Shown here: piece after piece, positions 11,578 through 23,993 of the stretch | Position numbering within the stretch: position 1 is the stretch's first letter | How the letters are laid out: each line of letters opens with the position of its first letter | NCBI GenBank assembly: GCA_002269645.1 | Contig: NIVC01001716.1 | Span: forward strand, 124,001 to 188,000 | Source of the DNA: Macrostomum lignano | Lineage: Eukaryota | DNA: 64,000 nt | Direction of reading: 5' to 3' | Notes under the pieces: generated by a model | Databases searched by the model: none | What the model was told of the DNA's origin: nothing | The model's input: the letters and a program-made list of their open reading frames with translations, nothing else | Position numbers and translations under genes: made by a program

Positions 11578-11998
11578 AAAGGACGGAGGTAAAAATCAGC
11601 TTTTGTGGACAGAAAAAAATCGGGATGCAATAAATCAAAGAAACATTATATAGGTATCTAATAGCTGAAAATTGGCAGATGTACAGATATATATAATAAT
11701 AATTTGGCCCGATAGAGAATGAAGGAAACTTAGCGACTTTTGGCAGACGCGTCGGAATAAAAATTCCGGTGGCGCAAAAAAAAAACAATGACAGACTTGA
11801 AATCGAAAAGGATTTGAGCAAAATGAAAATCATTAATAAGCATAAATTTAAATGTAAAAAATCAACAAAAAGATCTGTCTAGTATTAAAGTTGTTTCTAT
11901 TATAGATTTTGATCTGATATACAGAGTGTATCTTTTATTAAACTCCTATTCGACATTAAGTTTGCCTAAAAGATTGGTGAGTCAAAGCTTTAACAAGA

Positions 11999-12148
11999 TC
12001 AAGGAGATAATTTTGCTGATGTGGTGTCCGATTTTGGCGATCGATTTTCGCTGGGTCCCGGGATTCCGGGCGACCGCTGCTGTTGCTGCTGCTGCTGCTG
12101 CAACAGGCCCTCGACCAGCGGCTTGCAGTTGCTCCAATGCTCCGCAAT
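11999..12148 (-). CDS. SNX8: SNX8-like exon 6 (IAEHWSNCKPLVEGLLQQQ...KLSP*)
   Basis: TTTCCATATCAG acceptor, phase 0, TGA at 11999-12001; continues the SQIVGHAQ helix as in the SNX8 C-terminus. Confidence 0.85.
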   Translation of the reverse strand: MAEHWSNCKPLVEGLLQQQQQQQQRSPGIPGPSENRSPKSDTTSAKLSP

Positions 12149-12183
12149 CTGATATGGAAATAAATTGGTACAGAAAATGGTAA

Positions 12184-12322
12184 GTAGGTAAATAGGTAGG
12201 TAGGTAGGTAGGTAGGTAGGTAGGTAGGTAGGTAGGTAGGTAGGTAGGTAGGTAGGTAGGTAGGTAGGTAGGTAGGTAGGTAGGTAGGTAGGTAGGTAGG
12301 TAGGTAGGTAGGTAGGTAGGTA
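12184..12322. repeat. (TAGG)n microsatellite
   Basis: Perfect tetranucleotide run. Confidence 0.98.
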
Positions 12323-12329
12323 GTATTAA

Positions 12330-13560
12330 CTTTTATGAGTGAATAAAGGAATAAAGAAACAACGGAATCAGTGAGTTAATAAATCATTAAATGAAGGAAT
12401 CAGTGAATGAAAGAATTAGGGAATAAAGGAGTCAGTGAATGAGGATATCAGCGAATGAAGGCATTATTGAATGACATAATTAATGAATGAAAAAATGTGA
12501 ATGAAAGAATCAGTGAATGAAGAAATCAGTGAATGAAGGAATCAATGAATTGAGAAATCAGTGAATTGAGAAATCAGTAAATGAAGAAAGCAGTGAATGA
12601 AAGAATCAGTGAATGAAAGAATCAGTGAATTGATGAAACAGGGAATTAAAAAATCTGTAAATGAAGAAATCAGTGAATTGAGAAATCAGTGAATTAAGGA
12701 ATCAGTGAATTGAGAAAACAGGGAATTGAGAAAACAGGGAATTAAGGAATCAGTGAATTGAGAAAACAGGGAATTGAGGAAACAGGGAATTGAGGAAACA
12801 GGGAATTGAGAAAACAGGGAATTGAGGAAACAGGGAATTGAGAAAACAGGGAATTAAGGAATCAGTGAATTGAGAAAACAGGGAATTGAGAAAACAGGGA
12901 ATTAAGGAATCAGTGAATTGAGAAAACAGGGAATTGAGGAAACAGGGAATTGAGAAAACAGGGAATTAAAAAATCTGTAAATGAAGAAATCAGTGAATTG
13001 AGAAATCAGTGAATTAAGGAATCAGTGAATTGAGAAAACAGGGAATTGAGGAAACAGGGAATTGAGGAAACAGGGAATTGAGAAAACAGGGAATTGAGAA
13101 AACAGGGAATTAAGGAATCAGTGAATTGAGAAAACAGGGAATTGAGAAATCAGTGAATTAAGGAATCAGTGAATTGAGAAAACAGGGAATTGAGAAAACA
13201 GGGAATTGAGAAAACAGGGAATTGAGAAAACAGGGAATTAAGGAATCAGTGAATTGAGAAAACAGGGAATTGAGAAAACAGGGAATTGAGAAAACAGGGA
13301 ATTGAGAAAACAGGGAATTGAGAAAACAGGGAATTAAGGAATCAGTGAATTGAGAAAACAGGGAATTGAGAAATCAGTGAATTAAGGAATCAGTGAATTG
13401 AGAAAACAGGGAATTGAGAAAACAGGGAATTGAGAAAACAGGGAATTAAGGAATCAGTGAATTGAGAAAACAGGGAATTGAGGAAACAGGGAATTGAGGA
13501 AACAGGGAATTGAGAAAACAGGGAATTGAGAAAACCGGGAATTGAGAAAACAGGGAATTA
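12330..13560. repeat. Compound about 16-bp minisatellite (GAATTGAGAAAACAGG with GAATCAGTGAATT variants), intronic
   Basis: Tandem units grading from degenerate to homogeneous inside SNX8 intron 5. Confidence 0.93.
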
Positions 13561-13669
13561 ACAAATCTGTGAAAGAACACATCTGTGAATAAAGGAAGAC
13601 ACTAATAAATGAAATAGCTCCAGTGAATTGAGGTAGAACAATCAATATTCTGGCATAGTAATGACAAAC

Positions 13670-13966
13670 CTGAGCGTGACCGACAATCTGTGAGCCGGTG
13701 AGCGACAGCAGCAGTGAGCGAACCAGCGGCAGATTGGCCTGCACCAGCTGAGTCTCCAGGCCCAGGCAAAAGTTGGCAAAGTGAGTCCTGGCCTCCAGAT
13801 CCTGCAGCACCGACTCGTGCTTGGCGATGCGATTCTCCAGGTCTTCAACGGCCCAGCGGTCGCGGCCGGCCATGTGATGCGAGCTGGCGCGCTTTTTAAA
13901 GTCCGTCAAGTTGCGCATCGACCGATCGTGATCGCGCTTGAGGTGCTTCACGCGCTCGGCTAGTTG
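13670..13966 (-). CDS. SNX8: SNX8-like exon 5, BAR domain C-terminal part
   Basis: LENRIAKHESVLQDLEARTHFANFCLGLETQLVQANLP matches the SNX8/Mvp1 BAR signature (LE.RI...E...ETQL); 297 nt, phase 0/0. Confidence 0.9.
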
Positions 13967-14094
13967 CTAAGGCGGCAAATTTGGGGAGCCATAATAATGT
14001 CCGATTGTTCGTCTGTTCATTCACAGATTCCCAAATTAACTATAATTCGCTCTAAAGTGATTAATCCGTTCGGTGACGGATTTCGGGCTAATTC

Positions 14095-14930
14095 AAAGGT
14101 ATGCTATTCACAGCTCCCCCCCCCTTAGTTCACCGATCGCTATTCACAGCTCTCCCAGTTCACCGATCTGCTATTCACAGCTCTCCCAGTTCACCGATCT
14201 GCTATTCACAGCCCCCCTTAGTTCACCGATCGCTATTCACAGCTCTCCCAGTTCACCGATCTGCTATTCACAGCTCTCCCAGTTCACCGATCTGCTATTC
14301 ACAGCTCTCCCAGTTCACCGATCTGCTATTCACAGCTCTCCCAGTTCACCGATCTGCTAGTCACAGCCCCCCTTAGTTCACCGATCGCTATTCACAGCTC
14401 TCCCAGTTCACCGATCTGCTAGTCACAGGCCCCCTTAGTTCACCGATCGCTATTCAAAGCTCTCCCAGTTCACCGATCTACTATTCGCAGCTACCCCGAG
14501 TTCACCGATCGCTATTCACAGCTCTCCCAGTTCACCGATCTGCTATTCGCAGCTACCCCGAGTTCACCGATCGCTATTCACAGTACCCCCAGCTCACCGA
14601 TATGCTATTCACAGCTCTCCCAGTTCACCGATCTGCTATTCACAGCTCTCTCAGTTCACCGATATGCTATTCACAGCTCCCTCCAGTTCACCGATATGCT
14701 ATTCACAGCTCTCCCAGTTCACCGATCTGCTATTCACAGCTCTCTCAGTTCACCGATATGCTATTCACAGCTCTCCCAGTTCACCGATCTGCTATTCACA
14801 GCTCCCCCGAGTTCACCGATCGCTATTCACAGTACCCCCAGCTCACCGATATGCTATTCACAGCTCCCCCCCAGTTCATAGATCGGCTATTCACAGCTTT
14901 CCTCAATTCTCCGATCTGCTGTCACACCTC
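14095..14930. repeat. About 31-bp minisatellite (GTTCACCGATCTGCTATTCACAGCTCTCCCA), intronic
   Basis: Tandem units with 30-32-bp variants. Confidence 0.95.
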
Positions 14931-15035
14931 ATTCCAGTTCACCTATCTGCTTTTCACATATTCGTCAATTCACCAATCTACAACTATTCACAGACAACTC
15001 CTCAATTCACAGATCCTCCTTTACGATCAGCTCAC

Positions 15036-15488
15036 CACAAATCCGTCAATCAGCATAACCAGGTACTCGGCCGACGCCACCACCGAGTCCTCCAAGGCCG
15101 CTTTATCTTCGTATCGCGCCGCCACGGCCTGATAAGCGGCGGTCACCCGGGGCAGCCCGGCCTGCACCTGAGCCCAGCTGTCCGCCTCCGCCGACATTGC
15201 CGCCCATTCGACAGGCGGCTGCAGCTGCGGCTGCCGGCCCAGCTCGTCCAGCCGGACAGCCAAGCCGGCCACTGCGGCCCCGGCGCTCCGAGACGCCTCG
15301 GCCAGGCAGCGAAGGCAGTCGCGGCAGGCGGTCAGCCGCTGTAGGAGGCCCTGGGCGAAACGGCGCGACTCTTCGTGACGCTGAACAGCGTCTGGCGGCA
15401 CCAGCTGCTTGACTGAGGCGGCCTGGGCGTGAGTCAGGAATTCGTCCAGCGGCCGGCCGAACGCGGAGCGCAACGCTTTTTCGAAGTC
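15036..15488 (-). CDS. SNX8: SNX8-like exon 4, BAR domain N-terminal part
   Basis: [18 protein letters not shown]...[12 protein letters not shown]; 453 nt, phase 0/0; GTGAGC donor. Confidence 0.85.
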
Positions 15489-15580
15489 CTTCGTTTTGGA
15501 TGGGAAAGGGGAAGTAATATCCTCTTTCCATAATCAAATCATATATAGTTGTCCATAATCTCGAAGCTGGCTTTAAATAT

Positions 15581-15582
<2 letters not shown>

Positions 15583-15650
<68 letters not shown>

Positions 15651-15691
15651 GAGACAGACAGATAGGCAGACAGACAGACAGACAGATAGGC

Positions 15692-15731
<40 letters not shown>

Positions 15732-15741
15732 CGACAGACAC

Positions 15742-15780
<39 letters not shown>

Positions 15781-15781
15781 C

Positions 15782-15824
<43 letters not shown>

Positions 15825-15831
15825 CACAGAC

Positions 15832-15882
<51 letters not shown>

Positions 15883-15898
15883 TAGGCAGACAGACAGA
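15583..15898. repeat. (GACA)n microsatellite, intronic
   Basis: Tetranucleotide run. Confidence 0.98.
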
Positions 15899-15950
15899 TA
15901 GTACAGTGACTACAGTACACGCTGTACTGTACGCATTAAAGCGGCCCCAC

Positions 15951-16274
15951 CTCTCCAGAGCAGGTGAAAAATAATCGCAGCATTTCATCGTCGCAGACGG
16001 TCGGATGCCTCGCCAGCAGGTTCAAATAGCACTGCAGGCCGCGCTCGCGCTCCTCTAGGAAGGCGGCGCCGCCGCTGCCAGACAGTGGCCGGCCTTTCCC
16101 GGGCAGCTGCGGCACAATGCGGTAGGGGTAGCGCTGCAGCAGCAGCTCGTTCAGCGAGCGGAAATCGTTATAACGCCGAAGGTTGGACGAGTCGTAACGG
16201 CGGCTGGTGACTTTGTAGACGCGGTGGCGAAACACCAGCACACCTTTTTGCTCCTGCTGCAGAGTCACTGTCAC
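15951..16274 (-). CDS. SNX8: SNX8-like exon 3, PX domain
   Basis: [51 protein letters not shown]...[20 protein letters not shown] is a classic PX domain. Confidence 0.95.
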
Positions 16275-16330
16275 CTGGGGAGATGAAAGAGGATTGATTA
16301 TTCCACTTCGAAATCAGTTCGATTCTCAAT

Positions 16331-17755
16331 GGATAAGAGCAGCATTCTGAATCCCGATAACCTCAAATCCTAAATCCTCAAAATCGATAAAAAGCAGCAT
16401 TCTGAATCCCGATAACCTCAAATCCCAAATCCTCAAAATCGATAAAGAGCAGCATTCTGAATCCCGATAACCTCAAATCCCAAATTCTCAAAATCGATAA
16501 AGAGCAGCATTCTGAATCCCGATAACCTCAAATCCCAAATTCTCAAAATCGATAAAGAGCAGCATTCTGAATCCCGATAACTTCAAATCCCAAATCCTCA
16601 AAATCGATAAAGAGCAGCATTCTGAATCCCGATAGCCTTAAATCACAAATCCTCAAAATCGATAAAGAGCAGCATTCTGAATCCTGATCGCCTCAAATCC
16701 CAAATCCTCAAAATCGATAAAGAGCAGCATTCTGAATCCCGATAACCTCAAATCCCAAATTCTCAAAATCGATAAAGAGCAGCATTCTGAATCCCGATAA
16801 CTTCAAATCCCAAATCCTCAAAATCGATAAAGAGCAGCATTCTGAATCCCGATAGCCTCAAATCCCAAATCCTCAAAATCGATAAAGAGCAGCATTCTGA
16901 ATCCCGATAGCCTTAAATCACAAATCCTCAAAATCGATAAAGAGCAGCATTCTGAATCCTGATCGCCTCAAATCCCAAATCCTCAAAATCGATAAAGAGC
17001 AGCATTCTGAATCCCGATAGCCTTAAATCACAAATCCTCAAAATCGATAAAGAGCAGCATTCTGAATCCCGATAACCTCAAATCCCAAATCCTCAAAATC
17101 GATAAAGAGCAGCATTCTGAATCCCGATAACTTCAAATCCCAAATCCTCAAAATCGATAAAGAGCAGCATTCTGAATCCCGATAGCCTTAAATCAAAAAT
17201 CCTCAAAATCGATAAAGAGCAGCATTCTGAATCCCGATAGCCTTAAATCACAAATTCTCAAAATCGATAAAGAGCAGCATTCTGAATCCCGATAGCCTTA
17301 AATCACAAATCCTCAAAATCGATAAAGAGCAGCATTCTGAATCCTGATCGCCTCAAATCCCAAATCCTCAAAATTGATAAAGAGCAGCATTCTGAATCCC
17401 GATAGCCTTAAATCACAAATCCTCAAAATCGATAAAGAGCAGCATTCTGAATCCCGATAACTTCAAATGCCAAATCCTCAAAATCGATAAAGAGCAGCAT
17501 TCTGAATCCCGATAGCCTTAAATCACAAATCCTCAAAATCGATAAAGAGCAGCATTCTGAATCCCGATAGCCTTAAATCAAAAATCCTCAAAATCGATAA
17601 AGAGCAGCATTCTGAATCCTGATCGCCTCAAATCCCAAATCCTCAAAATCGATAAAGAGCAGCATTCTGAATCCCGATAGCCTCAAATCCCAAATCCTCA
17701 AAATCGATAAAGAGCAGCATTCTGAATCTCGATAGCCTCAAATCCCGAATCCCCA
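16331..17755. repeat. 55-bp minisatellite (AAAGAGCAGCATTCTGAATCCCGATAACCTCAAATCCCAAATCCTCAAAATCGAT), about 26 copies
   Basis: Period measured from AAATCGATA at 16381 and 16436; fills SNX8 intron 2. Confidence 0.96.
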
Positions 17756-17771
17756 ATAGATAAGAGCTCAC

Positions 17772-18223
17772 AGTGTCCAGCTCCTCGAGCTCCTCCAGGC
17801 TCATACTCATCTTAGCCGGTTGCCGCTCTCGCCTCAGGCGGGCGGCCTCTTTAGCCAGGCTGGCCAGATCACCGAAATTTGGCGTCGGCGCCTCCGGCAG
17901 GGCGCGCAGCGCGGCCAAACTGGGCGCCTGTTGGCGCTCGCTGCCGCCGCCAGCCTGGGACAGGCCGATGAGGGCCAAGGCGCGGAACAAGCCACGCTTG
18001 GTGAGGTAGTTGTCGGCGGGCTCAGCCAGGCTCCAGATTGACCGCAGCGTGCCTGCTGGCAGGCCTGAGCGCTCCAGCAGAGCCAAAAACAGGCCGCGAT
18101 CGATTGGACTCTCCAATTCACTGCTGGCGCTGCTGTCCTCCGTGCTGCCTCTGCTGTCACTGTTGCTGCTGCTGCTGCCGCTAAGAATTCTATAGATCTC
18201 CTGATACTGCTTTGGCGGATTGT
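17772..18223 (-). CDS. SNX8: SNX8-like exon 2, EH-like N-terminal domain
   Basis: YQEIYRIL...SGLPAGTLRSIWSLAEPADNYLTKRGLFRALALI resembles an EH domain; TTGACAG acceptor, GTGAGC donor; 452 nt. Confidence 0.88.
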
Positions 18224-18368
18224 CTGTCAAATAGCAATGATGGGTGTGATGGAATTATTTTAAACAAAATTTTTGTCTAGACTAGGCCTGATCACATTAT
18301 ATGAGACTAGATATTATTTATGGTAAATATAATAGTTTTACAAATAGGGCAATTAAAAAATCAATTAC

Positions 18369-18396
18369 CTGTGCAAAATGATGGATCTTCAGACAT
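18369..18396 (-). CDS. SNX8: SNX8-like exon 1 (MSEDPSFCT)
   Basis: ATG plus 28 nt to a GTAATT donor; phase 1 fits exon 2. Total CDS 1704 nt (567 aa). Confidence 0.7.
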
Positions 18397-21300
18397 AATT
18401 TTCTGTTCATTCAAAATCAATTTTTTTCATGCAAAAGAATAAAAATTCAAGGTTTTATTACACTAGCATAATAATTTATAAAAAGAAACTTTTACATGCA
18501 TTAGGCTATACCTTGGCTATTGCTTATAACAATTTTAAATTATTTTACTTTTTAACATAGCTAATACAGATAGTAACCATTTAAAAAGTAAATATAAACT
18601 ATATAGCATAGCTTTAACTTTGTTATATATATGATATATATATGTTGAGCCATAAAAAAGACTATTATGATATATTTTAAAGCTAATGCTAAAAATATAT
18701 AACAGTGCTTGAATATTTTACAATTTATTAATATAGGGGCCTAATAGTACCTAAATATTTTATGTTTTTTTATGTGATGACTCGCTTTCTGCTGCTGGGG
18801 ATTTTCTTGAGGTGGTCCGGTAGGTCTTGATATCCCACTGCTGCCACCAGTGTTATACTTCGCTTCCTTGCCCGGGGTTGAATGAAGTGGACTGCTGTTG
18901 GCCAGGGCAACTTTAGCGAGCACTTTTATAGGAGCTGGGATAGGGCAGACTTCTAAAATTAAGGGTAGGGTAGTGCTGCCACTAGCGTGGGAACCATATG
19001 ATCCGCAATGAAAGGGTCTGTTTGGGCTCCACCCAAATAAATAATGCTAGAACAACTAGTCTCTGATATTTCAATGTCCAAGTGACAAGACTCAATGGTA
19101 GCAAATGGCCTAAGCGGCACAGTCCTGGAATTGATAAATGTCCGCGCTTGGTCGTGTCTGAGTTTAGCTCTCAGAGGACTCCTAACTCCTACTAACCTAA
19201 CAGCTACATCTTGCACAGATGGACAGCGAGAAAATAGGTCTATGCACCTGCGGCAGCAATAGACTCTAAGCCTATATAAAACTAACAGCTATTCTTAGAA
19301 TTGCATACGAGTGCTGTGACTGCACATTCACTCTCACTCTTATTTGTGCCTGTGTCGCGAATAGACAATAGCAGAATGGCTTCAGCCCACTGATTTCCTG
19401 CCAATAGGGTAGGCTGGAAAACCAGAGCTATAGCACTAGCAATGCTCTACTAAGACCTGCTCAGGAGCGTGCTTTCTGCTTGAGCGCTGCAATGCTCTAC
19501 CAAGACCTGCTCAGGAGCTTTGCTTCGCTGTTAACTGGCGCTAGAGCGCTAGACTTGGAGAAAGCTCTCGACAAGTCCTCACAAGGCAGTTCTGAGGAGA
19601 AATCTAGACAAATGGCCTACATGCATTTAAAAGATAGAATGTAGAGAGTGGAGCATTTGGGCATTTGGTGGCTTGACCATGGAACAGCAGCCCAAAGAGT
19701 GCAAATAATGATGCACAACAGATATTGATTAAACATGGGGGAGAGAGTAGCTTACTTAAAGCGCCGACAGTCGCCTCAAGCCACTAGTGAAAATAGCATG
19801 CCAAATTTGGGCTTGTGCGCACAAGGTTGCACATAAGAGATTGTTCTGCTTGGGACATGGGGTCCGTGAAACCCTTAGTCTAAAAATAGAATGACGCATG
19901 GGGAGAGGCTTAGATGAAAAAAAACAAGAGAGCAGAAGGGGGAAGGGTCCAAAGAGCACACAGGAGAGGAGTGCGGCTAACTAGACTTGCATACACTGAG
20001 CAATTGTACGCGGCAAGCCAGGCAACAACAGTAAAGGCAAGCGCCAAATTTGGCGGCTTTCACTAACTAACCCTAGGCTAGGCAAAACTTCCTAATTTCC
20101 TATGTTAAAGAGCCTCATGATGACGACTCAATTGCGCCATATTGTGCAACTTCTCAGCACCAAAGAAGGCTGCTTAGAGTGCATGGAGGCAACAGAAAAA
20201 TTCCTATTCCAAGATACTAGCAGTAGACAGAAGTGCCTAAGATATGACTGCGGCCCTATGCTTGCGGCAGAAGGCTGCAGCCACATCACTTAGAAACAAA
20301 ATCTGCACAAAATACTAGATATAACTTTTGTTTTAATGCACCAAATATTTTTGTTTTAATGCACAAAATAAATCAGGGAATTATTTTTTGTTTTAATTGT
20401 ATAAGGGAAAATTATTAATATTACAAATAGGAGCGAGTTTCTTATCAAAAAAACCAATTGCTCAATTGACAATTGTCTATTTTGTGAGCTATCTAATAGC
20501 AATTCAACCTAAACATTCTTAGAGCTTTCAAGTCAAGAATTATTCATTTTTCAAAGTTAAAGAACAATTCAGAGAAATTTGATAAGAGAGGGAGTTATGA
20601 AGAAATCTAGAGAGATATTCTAAAGAGTTACGTTGTGACCCTCTGATCCCAGTAATGCCTAGATTGGAAAAGTACATAAAATAGTAAGACTGCTCAGGCC
20701 AAGATTACTAAGATTAAGAATGCTACCAGAACATTACTAGAATGCTAGGACCTACATATATAACATTCCTAAGAATGCTACTAGAACATTACTAAGAATG
20801 TTATTATATATAAGACACTCCATAAAACCATAATAAGTGAATGCCAAAATTAAAAAGTACTAAATAATTAATTTACAAATTGATTCTAAGAAATAGTTAT
20901 AGATAGTAATAGTGTTGTGACAGCTAATGGCATAGTATGATTATTTATTAAGACAGAAGCAAGCCCTAGAACAACTTTGGTAGCTAATTGGTAGGTAGGA
21001 TTAGGCCTAATTCAAAAGAAAGACAACCCCTGGCACAAATAAAAAAAATTAAATGACAAATCTAGTTTATAATATAAAATTTTTATAGCCAAACAAACCA
21101 ATTTAATATAAATTATTTCTTTGCAATAGTTATAATTTATTATTGTTATATTCTTATGTAAGTAAGTAAGGTAAGAAACTGGGATCTAAACATAGACGAG
21201 TTGAATGTGATATTATATTCACATAGAATCCTAATTTTCTGAACTAAAAGCTCCATGAATATCGATAGAGCAATAAGAAAGGCACAACATATCAAAAGAT

Positions 21301-21481
21301 GAACACTGGATCTGCCTCCTATCAAAAGCAATAGCAAGTTTTGTGCTGAAAAAGTGAAAACTTCTTATCTCCGTAGTGTATTTTTTTCGGGAAACCTGCC
21401 TTCTAAAATTTTCTTAGAAACGAGGTTTTCCGTCCTTCTATTGTACTTAAGTCGTCCTTGCGCTACTAACAAAAACACAGG

Positions 21482-21706
21482 TGTAGCGAGCAACTCTGGC
21501 CGGTTATTGCGAGTGTTAGTTAGCCACTCAAAAAGGTGAAGAAATAGAATGTGGCTGTGCCTGTATATTTATTGTCTGGTAGAACACAGATTTCCGGTTC
21601 ATTGAGTGCGCGTTGGGATGTGCTCGAGCAGAGGGAAGTGGATAGGCTGGGTGGGGGTCACGGAGTGCAAACTAGGTACCCGAACTGCCTGCCTGCGCAT
21701 GCTACA
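21482..21706 (-). mobile_element. Solo LTR, 225 bp
   Basis: TGTAGC...GCTACA termini; 5-bp TSD ACAGG (21477-21481 and 21707-21711); empty site in the paralogous segment near 35795; AATAAA on the minus strand. Confidence 0.85.
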
Positions 21707-23121
21707 ACAGGGTAGCCCTTAATTTTGTTGTCATTAGTTAGTGATGAGGATCATTATGTCAAAAATACCTAAACACAAATAACTTAGACAGTAACAAACA
21801 AAGTAAATTAGACCGACAGTAGATTTTAGCTCTAAAAAACCTCTTATCCATCTTGATTTCTAATCGGTGCTAAATGGTCGTCACAGTAAATACTGATCAT
21901 CGATTATAGCGTACGCGTGGCTTATGTTTGCATGAGATAACTTAGTGACCAACAGAGTTCTGGCGATAAATTGGAGTAGTATAGTGGATCAATTTTTTTT
22001 TCCAGGAGATCCAGGAGACCCAGCAAACAAAGGAGTCACTAAATCAAGCTTTATAAGAACTTCACTATATAGCCAGTCTACCGTATTTTGCAGCAGGGAC
22101 CTGCAATTTTGCAGTAGGCCCTAATATGTTGTCTCTCGATAAACATCAGCAGTTTTGCGTGTGTATTCCAGATGTTTTTTGGAAAACATACCGGTAGGTG
22201 AACCTTCACTAGCCAGAGAAGGAAGTCATATAGCTCAACCTGCGCATGAGTCGTAAGTAATTCGATTCCGAAAAGGCGAAAACGGTTCAGTGATTTCAAT
22301 TTCAAATTCTTAGTATATTAGATTGGCGGAGATGATATTGTTAGACGTCGTTTAACAGAAGGGATTTTGATAGAATTCAGTTTCATGAAGAGAATTTGAT
22401 AGAGTTCTGTTTCGCGGAGACTTTTGGAGGATAGGATTCCGGTCATGGGGGATTCACTGATGGATTTCAGGGAATGGAATTCTGGCGATTGGAGTTCTAA
22501 CCCCTTCTCCTCCAACAGAGGAGTTGGCCTCGTTGATCTATCAAATTGATTGCCACGTTGCGCCAGTTTGGAAGTGATGTTGCAGTCGCGATTACGCCTT
22601 TTACTTCAACGAGCTATACATTATTATGATATTTCGGTTACATTTTGATTGACAGTTTAGGGCTTTCTATGGATTCATGAGTAGGGTAATATATAAATGT
22701 TTAAACTCAACGAATGTGTAGAAGAGTTTTCAAAATAATTTAACATAAGATAAAATAAGCGTTCCAGTAATGCGTACAGCAATGCCGAGTTGAGCTGTGA
22801 GTTCCTGTCTAGATGTTAAAATTCATAGTTGAGAGTTCGGTTGTGAGGTTAAAAAAGAAATTAGCTCGTAAGAATGCTATACAAAACAATATGATTGTCT
22901 TTGCACAGAAATCAGTTTCTAAAATTATACCATGATTTTTACAAGAATTTCTTATCGAAGATTCCAATACTTGTGATGGAGCTTAACAAAATCCTCTTGG
23001 TTCAGCATCCAACGAAAAAATTAAATTATCGCAAGCAAGAAAGAGTGAAAGAAAGCGAGGTGTGTAAGCGTGCGTGGCCGAGGCAAACAGAATAATAGTT
23101 ATGAGTGATTAAAGCATGGAT

Positions 23122-23993
23122 TCAACTCTGTCTAAAAGTTCCTTCCTCGTTCTTGCCGAACTCAATTTCGACCATGGCGTCAACCTTATTGCGCTTCCGA
23201 CGGCAGCAGCCGAAGATGCGGGACAGCAGCCGGTCGTACGGCGCCAGAGAGCGCAGCGGCTCCGGCAGGAAGTCCCAGGTGCGCAGAAACTCTGGCAGCC
23301 AGTCGGGTCTGTGCGTCTGCAGCAAGCCAACAACGCCAGCTAGGAGCATCGGTGCAACCAACAGGCCGAACGCGACGTAGACGGCGGCGGTGTGCAGCAG
23401 CGACAGGGCGAAGAACATCAGCGGTAGCAGCAGGAATGCAAGCAGGATGTAGGCGATAGCGAACCAACGATAGGCGGCGGAGGCAGCGCCGAGCTTCTTT
23501 GCCAGCGCGATCGGGACGCGTTTCAGTAATGGCACTGGCAGCCAGATCAGCACGCCGAACAAGTTGAAGAACAGGTGCACCAGCGCCGTCTGCAGGCTGG
23601 AGTCGCTGCCGGAGGCCAGAGCGGCCAGCAGGCCGGTGGTGGTGGTGCCGAGGTTCGACCCCAGCGCGAGCGGGTACATGATCTCCACCGTGATCACTCC
23701 GGTGCCAACAAGAGGAGTCAGGGCTGACGTCAGTACAGATGACGACTGGACCAGTATTGTCAGACCGGCGCCAACCACCAGCGATATGTAGTCCATGGCG
23801 AACAGCAGGCAGCGATTCTCCGTGCGTGTCACCCTCTCGATAGTCGTCTTGACTTTGCTCTCCAGCAGCGAGCGCAGGATTCGAACTAGGCCAACTAGGC
23901 AGCCAATCAGAGCGGCGAGCGACAAGGCCAGTAGGATGCCCCCAATGATGGCGTCCGCCCAGTGACCGGCAACCTCCATGAACATAAACTGGC
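23122..23993 (-). CDS. SLC34A: SLC34 Na+/phosphate cotransporter copy A, exon 3
   Basis: LVQSSSVLTSALTPLVG...YPLALGSNLGTTTT second repeat motif, Cys-rich tail; ACGCAACAG acceptor. Confidence 0.92.

Noticed and set aside
11787-11830. ATGA...AA...TGA segment as a SECIS element
   Set aside because: Helix II does not pair next to the GA quartet, and it lies downstream of the likely AATAAA near 11629.
15517-15524. ATATCCTC as a second U12 donor
   Set aside because: It is on the strand opposite to SNX8, has no branch site, and the GT-AG intron already restores the frame.
14073-15988. Plus-strand and alternative minus-strand ORFs around SNX8 exon 4
   Set aside because: They are repeat translations or antisense/shadow frames of the GC-rich exon.
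18740-20300. GC-elevated, coding-like stretch with a 49-bp-period direct repeat (about 19439-19520)
   Set aside because: Many stops and no motif I can assign; probably a decayed TE, but not supportable.
22290-22520. Possible L1/Tx1-like 3' fragment (minus strand)
   Set aside because: Resemblance too vague to call without a search.
23122-23220. Functional link between the SLC34 Cys-rich (palmitoylation-type) tail and the nearby ZDHHC enzyme
   Set aside because: Proximity alone implies nothing in animal genomes; the genes are about 15 kb apart with SNX8 between them.
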